A stretch of DNA of 64,000 bases. Origin: Chiloscyllium plagiosum. Its lineage: Eukaryota. Positions within the stretch are counted from its first letter, which is position 1. Each line of letters begins with the position of its first letter. The notes under the pieces are model-generated. The model had not been told where the DNA came from. It did not search any database and worked only from the letters and a program-made list of their open reading frames with translations. The stretch spans positions 15,661,886-15,725,885 of the forward strand of contig NC_057720.1 in assembly GCF_004010195.1 (NCBI RefSeq), written 5' to 3'. A program made the translations under genes and the position numbers. Shown piece after piece: positions 11,408-21,826 of this stretch.

Positions 11408-12955
11408 ATTAGCTTTATTGCCACATGACCTCACATGAGTACAGTTAAATGTTTACAGGTCACCACATTATGGCACCATCTTAGGTACAAGGTACCTGGG
11501 TACTATGCCTGTCTCTTTGTTGGCTACGTAGAGCAGTTGATCTTCTGTAATTACACCGGCACCACTCCCCACCTCTTCCTCCGCTACATTGATGACTGCA
11601 TTGGCGCCACCTCGCGCTCCTGTGAGGAGGTTGAGCAATTCATCAACTTCACCAACACATTCCACCCTGACCTTAAATTTACCTGGACCATCTCTGACAC
11701 CTCCCTCCCCATCCTGGACCTCTCCATCTCCATCAGTGACGACCGACTTGACACTGACATTTTCTACAAACCCACCGACTCCCACAGCTACCTGGATTAC
11801 ACCTCTTCCCACCCTACCTCTTGCAAAAATGCCATCCCGTATTCCCAATTCCTCCGCCTCCACCGTATCTGCTCCCAGGAGGAGCGGTTCCACCATAGAA
11901 CACACCAGATGGCCTCCTTCTCTCGAGACCGCAATTTCCCTTCCCACGTGGTTAAAGATGCCCCCCAACGCATCTCATCCACATCCCGCACCTCCGCCCT
12001 CAGACCCAACCCCTCCAACCACAACAAGGACAGAACGCCCCTGGTGCTCACCTTCCACCCTACCAACCTTCCCATAAACCAAATCATCCGCCGACATTTC
12101 CGCCACCTCCAAACAGACCCCACCACCAGGGATATATTTCCCTCCCCACCCATTTCCGCCTTCCGCAAAGACCATTCCCTCCGTGACTACCTGGTCAGGT
12201 CCACGCCCCCCCTACGACCCACCCTCCCATCCTGGCACTTTCCCCTGCCACCGCAGGAACTGTAAAACCTGTGCCCACACCTCCTCCCTCACCTCCATCC
12301 AAGGCCCCAAAGGAGCTTTCCACATCCATCAAAGCTTTACCTGCACATCCACTAATATCATCTATTGTACCCGTTGCTCCCGATGCGGTCACCTCTACAT
12401 TGGGGAGACTGGACGCCTCCTAGCAGAGCGCTTTAGGGAACACCTCCGAGACACCCGCACCAATCAACCACATCGCCCAGTGGCTCAACATTTCAACTCC
12501 CCCTCCCACTCTGCCGAGGATATGGAGGTGCTGGGCCTCCTCCACCGCCGCTCCCTCACCACCAGACGCCTGGAGGAAGAACGCCTCATCCTCCGCCTCG
12601 GAACACTTCAACCCCAGGGCATCAATGTCGACTTCAACAATTTCTTTCCCCTAGCTTATCTCTCCACGCTTCAGGCTTTCTGCCTTTATTCCTGATGAAG
12701 GGCTTTTTCCCAAAACGTCGATTTCGAAGCTCCTCGGATGCTGCCTGAACTGCTGTGCTCTTCCAGCACCACTGATCCAGAATCTGGTTTCCAGCATCTG
12801 CAATCATTGTTTTTACCTGACAGATTCTTAAGTACAAATTCTTCAGAAAAAAATGGATAGAAAAGCAAAGAAATAAAAAGTCCAGCATTGCATGTGATAG
12901 GAATAAATTAGAAAAAGAAAGAAATATAAAGTTCAGTATAATAGTCTTTCCAACC
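11408..12955 (-). mobile_element. Unclassified dispersed repeat 'X' (11408-~11500 and 12819-12955), split by the Penelope insertion
   Basis: The two halves join to match the uninterrupted copy at 13419-13690. Confidence 0.7.
11503..12818 (+). mobile_element. Penelope-like element (Neptune-type), 5'-truncated: RT C-terminal half + GIY-YIG endonuclease + pLTR
   Basis: YACLFVGYVEQ...FLRYIDD (RT catalytic motif), TDIFYKPTDSHSYL; frameshift near the C-run at ~12207; then FPCHRRNCKTC (Cys linker), NIIYCTRCSRCGHLYIGETGR (GIY-YIG), HFN, GTLQPQGIN; pLTR 12660-12818. Confidence 0.93.
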
Positions 12956-13119
12956 TAGTCCATGTGTAGATGGGGTCTGGAAGGAGTAGGATTGGTGTGC
13001 CAAAAAAGAAACTGTCTCCCTTTGATTCTCACGTTGCCTGGTTTCTCATGTAATGTTGAAATGAAGCCTGGCTTGGGACAGGACAGAGGAATTCAGCTTT
13101 TTCCTAAGTATTTGCACAC

Positions 13120-13735
13120 TTGCTAGTTGCATGTTCAGAGATGCTGTCTTTCAGATGTGCTGTAAAACTGGGGCCCCTTCTCTGCTCTCAATAGACATAA
13201 AAGATCTCCTGACACCCTTTTGATGAAGGGCTGGGGATTTTTCCCCTTTGTCAGGGTCAAGACTTGTCCCTCACTTAACATCAAAGAAGTAGGGCATCTG
13301 GTTATCATCACATTGCTGCTTGTGGGAGCTTGCTGTGCACAAATTAGCTGCCACAGGTCCTGCATTTCAACAGTGACTACACTTTAGTAAGGACCTCATT
13401 GGCCATGAAGCATTTTTAGAATTAGCTTTATTGTCACATGATATCTCATGAGTACAACGAAAGGTTTACAAGTCACCACGTTCCGGCACCTTCTTAGGGA
13501 CCAAGGTCCCTAGGTACAGATTCTTGTGTACTAATTCTTAGAAAAAAAAAGAAATTAAAAAGTCCATCAATAAATCAGAAAAATTAAGAAATAAAAGTTC
13601 AGAATAACAATCATTCCAAAGCAGACGACCTCCGCACTTCAACTTGAGGACAGAATTTGAGTCCACGCTAAGGCTGCAAGTTTGAGTTTGTGACATTTGG
13701 TGATCATGAAACCTTGTGAAAAATTATATAACATT
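13120..13735 (+). mobile_element. DeuSINE (SacSINE1/AmnSINE1-like Deu domain), split by repeat X at 13419-13690
   Basis: gctgtctttcagatg...taaaactggggcccc...aaaagatc...catcacattgctgcttgtgggagcttgctgtgcacaaattagctgcc...cagtgactacactt; recognised from memory of the Deu domain; matches 62756-63050 on the opposite strand. Confidence 0.65.
13419..13690 (-). mobile_element. Repeat X copy
   Basis: aattagctttattgtcacatg...atgagtaca...ggcaccttcttagg...acagattctt, shared with 11408 and 20975. Confidence 0.7.
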
Positions 13736-14853
13736 TTAAAAAATTACCTCAGTTGCTTCTGCACAACTACTCTAGATGATTATACATTGAGGTTGTTCTC
13801 TGCCTATTTACCTGATCAATCAAACTATGATGGAGTCAGGTACCTCAGCACACAGACATTACTGAGACATTTTCCCATCTCTGTAGCTTAAATGACATTT
13901 GCACTTGACTTGCTGAAAATGTGACCTGGTAATGGCAAGGTAATAGTAATGGGAGAATCTGGGACCTGAGTGAACTGTGGGACTGACAGTATATTTTCTT
14001 CAATAACAGGATTTAAGGAATGAGAAACAAACGAATGGGGAAGGCGACCAAATAAAGGCAAATCATATAAAAGAGAAATAAAGAAATGGGAAGAACAATT
14101 GAACTGGAAAAAATATCAAAAAGTAATTTTGAAAAGATGTCAGATTTTTAAATCTCTGATGTCATAATTTTACAGTTATGTTATATTGTACAGCAAGCCA
14201 ATCTGTCCTTAAAGTTGACACAAACTTAAAACATGATGACACAATTGCCTTTCAGCTGGTATTGGCACTTGACTGTACTAATCTCAGGATAAGATCTCAA
14301 GGGATCTTTCGAAATTTAATGAACATTTTCAAGGCTAAGTAGAAGCCACTTAACAACAGTTCCCCAGGATGTGTGAGAGCTCTTCCTCACCCATCACAAC
14401 ATGGCAATGGGAGCCATTCCATCAAAAAGCTGAGGCAGTTAAAAGTGAATCACCCCGATGAAAAGACAATGGATAGAGTCTGTGTCCCAGGCTGAAGCAA
14501 CCTAATACCTAATAAAGAAGCTTGATTCGTACTAACATATACAAAATCAGCTGCTTCCCTGTTGTTATCAGATTTATGAACCCATGTCTCATTTATTAGA
14601 GTTGATCCTTCCCATACCTTCTCTGTAGCTGTAACACTATATCCTTTATTCTGTTCTATTACCCCGATGTATTTATGTAAGGTTTGATTCATAGAGTCCA
14701 AAACAAAGGAGCCTTCACTCGTTCCCAGAACATGTTCTGCTGAATACCACCATGGGAGAAACCTCCAACTACTCAGTGATAGATGCCATCACAGCCACTG
14801 AATTGTGACTACAAATTTTCAACCCCTTAACATTGGAAAAGGAGTATAGTGAT

Positions 14854-15078
14854 TGTAATGAGGTCAGCCACCTGGAATTCATAGAATAGGAGTTCCCTGA
14901 TGGAGCAGTTAACCTGATCCAATCAGGGATCCCTGGCTGACAGATAAAATGGGGGAATGTCAGAAGTGCAAACACCCGATTCCTGATTCTGAATGAGGCA
15001 GTGCGAAAGTCAAGGGTTATTCAAGTGTAAATAAAGGGTGACTTGGTGATGGATACCGGCCTCTGTGGATTTAATTCA
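14854..15078 (+). mobile_element. Probable short solo LTR (Gypsy-like, ~225 bp)
   Basis: Termini TGTAAT...ATTCA, internal CCAAT and AATAAA (~15029); no convincing TSD. Confidence 0.5.
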
Positions 15079-16029
15079 GAGAAAGTAACAAGCCTGCACT
15101 TATATTGGAGAGTGATTTAATTTTCATCTTTTATTCTTAATAATTTTTAATCTTTGTATCTGTATTTTAGTTTATAACTTTATGTCTCTTTTTCACTTCA
15201 AAAACTTCCAGCTATAGAATGTAACAATGTCTGATCTTATTTAAAGTGTGATGCTTGAGTGCTGTTTTTTTTTTATAAAACTGAAACATACAAACTAAAA
15301 GAAGTTCATAAATTAGTGTGCAGAGTTTTGCAGATCATGAATCACTCGGAGGATACTTTTCGCATGGTCGTCTCACTAAGACTCAGGATGAGACTCAACA
15401 AATTAAATCTTTTCCTTTCTGGACTGAAAGGATTGATTAGTATTGCATTAAATAGTATCATTTTGTTAAGAGGTTATCTATCAATTGTTAACTGTGACTC
15501 CAAAACTTGCTGCAGTGGTTTTAACAAGCAATTAATGATCGAATTCCGCAAGTTATTGAAAGTAATGGGAACCAAGGGTGAAATGCTGACTGTGAAAAGC
15601 AAAAGGGGGAGCCGTGTAAGTTGGTCAGAAATATCGAGATTCATAACTCACAACCTATCTCTTAACTTCTTGAACAGTACTGTCACGTAACTTCTGGGAG
15701 CAATTCTGTTTGTGTCGGTTTTAAAGACGGATTGGCTTTCTGTACAGTGTAATATAATTACACAATTATGACGTTCGAGATGTAAAAGCCATTTTCTTGT
15801 GCTTTAAAGTGTACTTTGATAACATGCTGCTGCTTTACCAGGAAGATCTGAGCTTTTGGATGAAGGATTACCATGGCAATACTGATAAAGCGATAGTTAC
15901 TCAGTGACACACGGTGGGTAGAATTTAATGATCCCTCTGGTGGAGAGTTTTGGAAGCGGAGGAATTTAATTGTGTGGGAAAGTGGGACATAGCTGCCTTC
16001 CCACCTCTACTCAATAGTCCATGGTTTGA

Positions 16030-16705
16030 AGCCTTGAAATATCTAAGGCTCTGAATGGATTTGACCTGGTGGATGTAGAAAGGATGTTTCCAATGACGGC
16101 AGAATCTCGAACCGGGGTCACAGTTTGAAAGGAGGTGATGACCTAGTGGTAATTTCGCTGGACTATTAATCTAGAGACCCAGACAAAGTTCTGGGGACCT
16201 GGGTTCAAATACTACCACAGCAGAGAGTGGAATTTGCTTTCAACAAAATACCTGGAATTAAGAATCCATTGTTGATTGTTGGAAAAACCCATCTGGTTCA
16301 CTAATGTCCTTTAGGGAAGGAAACTGCCATCTTTACCTGGTCTGGCCTTCATGTGATTTAAAATCCACAGCGATGTGGTTGACTCTTAACTGCCCTGTGG
16401 GCAATAAATGATGGCCCAGCCAGCAACATCTGCAGCCTATGAATAACTAAAGAAAATAAGAGATTTAAGATAGAGAGGAGGAACCAGTTTGTTTCTCTCA
16501 GAGAGTTATGTGTCTTTGGAATTCCCTTCCTCAAAAAGTGCTGCATTATTTCAAAGGCACAGATTGATAGACTATTGATTACCAAGGGGATGAAAGATTT
16601 TTCCAAAAATGCAGGAATGTAGAGTTGAGGTCAAAATTAGATTTATCCGTAATCTTATTGAATGGAAGTGCAGGTGCGATGGGCCAAGTGGTCTACTCTT
16701 ATTCT
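16030..16705 (+). mobile_element. CR1 3' fragment split by the SINE at 16131-16455
   Basis: gaatctcgaaccggggtcacagtttgaaa | atttaagatagagaggagg...atgggccaagtggtctactct. Confidence 0.65.
16131..16455 (+). mobile_element. tRNA-derived SINE, second family (most complete copy)
   Basis: A-box-like gacctagtggta, B-box gggttcaaatac, body aaaacccatctggttcactaatgtcctttagggaagg, tail gggcaataaatgatggcc resembling the LINE tail at ~46975-47050. Confidence 0.75.
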
Positions 16706-16989
16706 TTGATTGTATTTTTCGGCATAGAAACTCGCAAGTCAGCAATAGGCTCGATCAGAGCCAATTTAAGGACCTCGCCTGATTGCCAGTGTACTCTACC
16801 AGAGTTGTTACACAGACTGCCAAGCAAGTTCTGACTGACCAAGAAGGACCAGTGTAAGGAAGGAGATGACCAGCTGAGAGCCACACATCCCGCCTTTTCT
16901 CCACCTCACCCTCTCCCAACCAGCAACCCACTCCACACGCCCCACGCACCACTCACCTTTGACCCTGTTTCTCTTGTGGATCCTTTGAC

Positions 16990-17385
16990 TCCGTTGGATA
17001 CATTACCAACAGCAACCTTCTATCCATTGACTCCGTCCACACTTCCCACTGCTTCGGGAAAGTAGCCTACATCATCAAAGACCCCTCCCACCCCGGTTAG
17101 ACTCTCTTCCAACCTTTTCCATCATGCAGAAGATACAAAAGCTTAAGTACACGTACCATCAGGTTCAAGGACCACTTCTTCCGCACTGTCAATGAATCTC
17201 TTAAACTTCACATCAATGTTGACATTGGTTTTAGTGCAATTTTGTATAACTTTGTATTTCCTGCTCTGTGGCATCACTCTATGATCTTTGTATGGTGTGA
17301 TCTACCAGTACTGCACCCACAACAAAACTTTTCACTGTGTTTAGTTACATGTGACAACAATAGTAAAAGAATTAAATCAAATCAA
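16990..17385 (+). mobile_element. Rex1/Babar-like LINE 3' end
   Basis: Translates IIKDPSHPG*TLFQPFPSCRRYKSLSTRTIRFKDHFF, a C-terminal motif typical of Rex1/Babar; 3'UTR aaaacttttcactgtg...catgtgacaacaata. Confidence 0.65.
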
Positions 17386-18355
17386 CCCTGCCCTGGTCTT
17401 GCAATAGAGATCTCTGATTGAGCAGCTGCTCTCAGGGTGGGTGGGATTTCCACATCTCTAGGGTCCTAATTCCTGGGATAGACCAGATGCTGCCCAGTTA
17501 AGTGCCCGGTAGGCATTTAGCTCTTGCTGCTCTTCCTCATTAGAGGTAGGATGAGATGAGATACCCCCTTGCTTGCCAACTAGTGGTTAACATCCCTATT
17601 AAGTTCTGCCCAGGATGTTGCTGTCTTCAATAAACACAGGAGTGTTGAAGATTTGTCTACTGTTAAGATATTAGTGACAAGAATGTTTCCAGAATGCAAT
17701 GGATCGTTCATCCATTTATGTATCAACCTTAGTCATCTGTAGGCAGCAGAGGCTTCAGAACTTGGAATGTAAGCACTTTAGCTGATACTGTACACCACCG
17801 CAAGAGAAGGTTACTCAGAGAAAAAGAGACTTCTTAACTAAACAAGAGACCTTATGTCAAGTAACTTAAGCTGTGGGAGCTCAGGTAGAAAGTCAAATGA
17901 AGAAAAAAAATTAATTATCCTGTGCGGTAATTGTTATTGTGTGGAGTAACATGCAGTTATTGATTAATGAGCCTGTGCAGTAAGCGCTCATAGGAATATT
18001 AATTAATTTCCTATGCACAGAAGGAGTTATTAACATAGCTGAAGAGAATTCACCTCCAACCCTCTCTTAAATGGACATGGCTGTGCCTCTGTGAAGCGAG
18101 TTTGGAATTTTCAAATATTCATGGTCATTGGTGGTTTTGCTGCCTCTTCTGAAGTAATTCTTGAGCGATGTTCTGGTATGTCAAGTACCTGTGGGAAATA
18201 AATGTTATTGTTAATGAGGTATTGAAAGCAGCACTGTGTGGATTTATTTTTCTGGTTAACTTAGATCATTCTTGCGGATTCCACTCTAGAGTAATTGGGA
18301 GTAATATATCTAAGAATGTACAATTTACAAATTGTACAATTTACAAATATCTGAA

Positions 18356-18515
18356 TAAAAACCAGAAGAACTGCAGATGCTGTAAATCAGAAACATAAAC
18401 AGAAGTTGCTGGAAAAGCTCAAAAGGTCTTGCTGCATCTGTGAAGAGAAATCAGAATCAACGTTTCAGATTCGTTGACCACACCCGAAATGGTAACTCTG
18501 ATTTCTCTTCACAGA
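18356..18515 (-). mobile_element. PLE pLTR remnant with short fold-back arm
   Basis: actgcagatgctg...gctggaaaagctc...atctgtgaagagaaatcagaatcaacgtttc, followed by inverted cgaaatggtaactctgatttctcttcacagat. Confidence 0.7.
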
Positions 18516-18516
18516 T

Positions 18517-19392
18517 AGAGTCGTAGAGTCATAGAGATGTACAGCACTGAAACAGACCCTTCGCTCCAATTTATCTGTGCCGACCAAATATCCTAAATTA
18601 ATCTAGTCCTATTTACCAGCTTTTGGCCCATATCCCTCTAAACCCTTCTGATTCATTTAGCCACCCAGGTGTCTTTTAAATGCTGTAATTGTACCAGCTT
18701 CCACCACCTCCTCTGGCAGCTCATTCCATACACACACCATGCTCTGCATGGAAGGTTGTCATAGAGTCATAGAGATGAAACAGACCATTGAAACAGACCC
18801 TTCGGTCCAACCTGTCCATGCCCCCCAGATATCCCAACCCAACCTAGTCCCACCTGCCAGCACCCGGCCCATATCCCTCCAAACCCTTCCTATTCATATA
18901 CCCATCCAGATGCCTCTTAAATGTTGCAATTGTACCAACCTCCACCACTTCCTCTGGCAGCTTGATCTACACATGTACCACCCTCTGCGTGAAAACGTTG
19001 CCCTGTAGGTCTCTTTTATATCTTTCCCCTCTCACTCTAAACCTTTGCCCTCTAGTTTTGGACTCCCCGACCCCAGGGAAAAGACTTTGTCTATTTACCC
19101 TATCCATGACCTTCATAATTTTGTAAACCTCTATAAGGTTTTGGGCGGCACGGTGGCACGGTGGTTAGCACTGCTGCCTCACAGCATCGGAGACCCAGGT
19201 TCAATTCCCGCCTCAGGCGACTGACTGTGTGGAGTTTGCACGTTCTCCCTGTGTCTGTGTGGGTTTCCTCCAGGTGCTCCGGTTTCCTCCCACAGTTCAA
19301 AGATGTGTAGGTCAGGTGAATTGGCCATGCTGTACTCAATGTTCTGACCAATACTTTTAAATCTTTCCCCTCTCACCCTAAACCTATGCCTT
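18517..19392 (-). mobile_element. Nested CR1/HER1 3' fragments: outer 18517-18757 + 19354-19392, inner 18758-19140
   Basis: Two catagagtcatagagatg-type tails; the outer copy resumes at cttttaaatctttcccctctcaccctaaacc. Confidence 0.82.
19143..19332 (+). mobile_element. HE1-like V-SINE, 3'-truncated
   Basis: gggcggcacggtggcacggtggttagcactgctgcc...ggttcaattcc...V-domain. Confidence 0.88.
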
Positions 19393-19794
19393 TCGCTGTC
19401 AGACCTGCTTTTGTTTCCGTTACAAGCATCTGACTTGTGAATGCTCGTACTTATGAGCTTGCTCCCATACAGTGAGATTCTCTGCAGGTGTCCTGGAGAA
19501 TACTGAAGCCTTTGACATCTCAAGGATGGCCTGTGGGAGGTCTTGTTTCCCACTGGCAGCAGCCGGGTATCCTCCCTGACCACCAGAACAGAGATGGTTG
19601 GCAAAGGAGGTGACCAGCTGTGGGCTCCATGACGAAACTGGGTCCAATGTCAGAAGAGAGTCAATAACCTCCTGAGCTGCACAAGGCCAAAGGGTTCATT
19701 GCAGTTTAATCAAAGTGGCTCCCATGAGGTGGGGAGGCCGGAATTGGTAGGACGTGGAGTAAATAAAGGTGACACAAGGTTGGAAGATAGGGTT

Positions 19795-20124
19795 TAGATT
19801 AGAGTGGTGCTGGAAAAGCGCAGCAGGTCAGGCAGCATCCGAGGAGCAGGAAGGTATCAAAGAGTACAATAGGCACCTGCAAGAGAATCTGCAGAGAGAT
19901 GCCATAAACCACGAGTCCATTTGCCCTCTGCACTCACACGTATGGCCACATGGGGGCAGTGGTGGTGTTGATGTCAGGAGTACCTATTGTACTCTTTGCT
20001 ACCTTCTCCCCAGCCCGAAACGTCGATTTTCCAGCTCCTCGGATGCTGCCTGACCTGCTGTGCTTTTCCAGCACCACTCTAATCTAAACTCTGGTTTCCA
20101 GCATCTGCAGTCCTCACTTTTTCC
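19795..20124. mobile_element. Fold-back PLE pLTR insertion with filler, 14-bp TSD
   Basis: TSD tggaagatagggtt at 19781-19794 and 20125-20138; inverted arms ~19792-19850 and ~20030-20090. Confidence 0.8.
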
Positions 20125-20357
20125 TGGAAGATAGGGTTGACATATCTGGACAGAACCTTCCGGGCCCAGAGGCAAGTCAAGAATTTAATGAGGCAGAATG
20201 ATGGGATGTCAAAACCCCTCCACCATCTTACTTCCACCTGAATTAGGTCAAGCTTGAGCCTTCCTGCTGCTAATTGAGGCCCTTAAATAGTCAATGAATG
20301 ACCACCTAATGACTTAGTCCCTCTTGAGTTGCAATGATTTAAGGCCCAGGTGGAATG

Positions 20358-20488
20358 AGAGAAAGTGAGGACTGCAGATGCTGGAGACCAGAGTTGAAAA
20401 ATGTGATGCTGGAAAAACACAGCAGGCCAGGCAGCATCCGAGGAGCAGGAGAATCGATGTTTCGGGCATAAGCCCTTCTTCAGGAATG
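20358..20488 (-). mobile_element. PLE pLTR with hammerhead motif
   Basis: Reverse complement cattcCTGAAGAagggcttatgcccGAAACatcgattctcctgctcctcggatgctgcc; possible ggaatg TSD. Confidence 0.8.
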
Positions 20489-21265
20489 GAATGGGAACAA
20501 TTCCACTATGGGAGTGGCTGGACCTAAGTCGGTGGGGGTGGAGGTGGGGAGGGTTTGGTAGCCACTGAGAACTGCCCTCCACCCCATCCCACCCTTACCT
20601 GCAAAGCCATTTTGACGAGATCTCCCAGGGGACAATCCTGCATCCTCAAGGGATGTTACCAGGTTCTGGAGTTGCTGGCCACTGATTGACACTCGGCTCT
20701 TCCTTGCCTGAGATCCTAATCCGGCAGAAAGTCCACCAGTAACCGCACCCCTCTCTTTGATCACAGAAAGTTTCCTCATTTCATAGGCTTTGGGTCCTTC
20801 TCCTGCAAACCCCTGTGCTTTCAGACTTGTTTCGAGCCACTTATCTGGAGAGATATTTCTGTCTGTATGTGGCACGTGCCATTGTGCCCCTGAACCCTAC
20901 ACCTGCAACTTCAACCTGACCCACTAAAGATACTTTCCTATTGTTTCTCCTTAAAGTAAAGCATTAGAATGAGGTTTTATTGTTGCACGTACTTAAGTAC
21001 AGGGATACAGGAGTACAGTGAAAGGTTTACAGTGCTCCCACTCACGGCACCATCTTAGGAGCAAGGTACCTCGGTACAAAATCACAGGTACAAAGTAGAA
21101 CATAAAACATAGAATAATACATCACAGGATTGGGATCTTCAGGTACCACATTGTGCTGAACATAAGGTCAAGTTAAACTATCCGCTTCTGTCTGCTCTTG
21201 TTTCATATTCTTTGCATATTCATGTGCGTCCACCACTACCACTGGCAGTGCATTGCAGATTCCTA

Positions 21266-21597
21266 GGTGACATGGTGGCTCAGTGGTGAGCACGGCTGCC
21301 TCACAGTGCCAGGGACCCAGGTTCAATTCCAGCTGCGGGTAACTGTGCCTGTGTGGAGTTTGCACATTCTCCACGTGTCTGCGTGGGTTTCCTCCCTCGG
21401 TCCAAAGATGTGCAGGTTAGGTGATTTGGCTGTGCTAAGTTGCCCATAATGTTCAGGAATATGCAGGTTAGGTGCATTAGTCATGGGAAATGTAGAGTAA
21501 TAGGGGAGGGAAATAGGTCTGGGTGGGATACTCTTTGGAGGGTTGGTGTGGACTTGTGGGGCCAAATGGCCTCTTTCCACACTGTAGGGATCCAGTG
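21266..21597 (+). mobile_element. HE1-like V-SINE inserted in an old minus-strand CR1 tail (21105-21670)
   Basis: tggctcagtgg A-box, ggttcaattcc B-box, V-domain, tail tttccacactgtagggat. Confidence 0.88.
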
Positions 21598-21826
21598 ATG
21601 ATTCTAATTCCTCACATCTTCTGTAAACTTACCCCCCTCACCTTAAATGCATCACCTATAGTTTTTGACGGTAACTCCGAGTTTTACACAAATAAAGAAA
21701 TAACTTAAAACATTAACATTACAGTTCTTTGCAGTATAAAGTAGTAAATAAAGAAATAAAGTTAAAAGTTTCAAAAATTGCAGTCCTTTGTTGGACGTGA
21801 ACCTGCAGTCTCTCTGCACTGGGCTT

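Noticed and set aside
11468..12611. Antisense and alternative-frame ORFs over the Penelope element
   Set aside because: Shadows of a C-rich coding strand with no recognisable domains
12691..12722. Active hammerhead in the main PLE
   Set aside because: GAAA core mutated to AAAA and stem II mismatched; 38793-38822 and 53195-53225 are similarly decayed
15259..15690. 143-aa ORF
   Set aside because: Non-ATG start, AT-rich, no recognisable domain
19395..20920. Possible DNA transposon/MITE in the GC-richer sequence around the PLE inserts (also ~15915-16020, 17385-17610, 30730-31050)
   Set aside because: Looks repeat-like, but I could not define termini, TIRs or TSDs by eye
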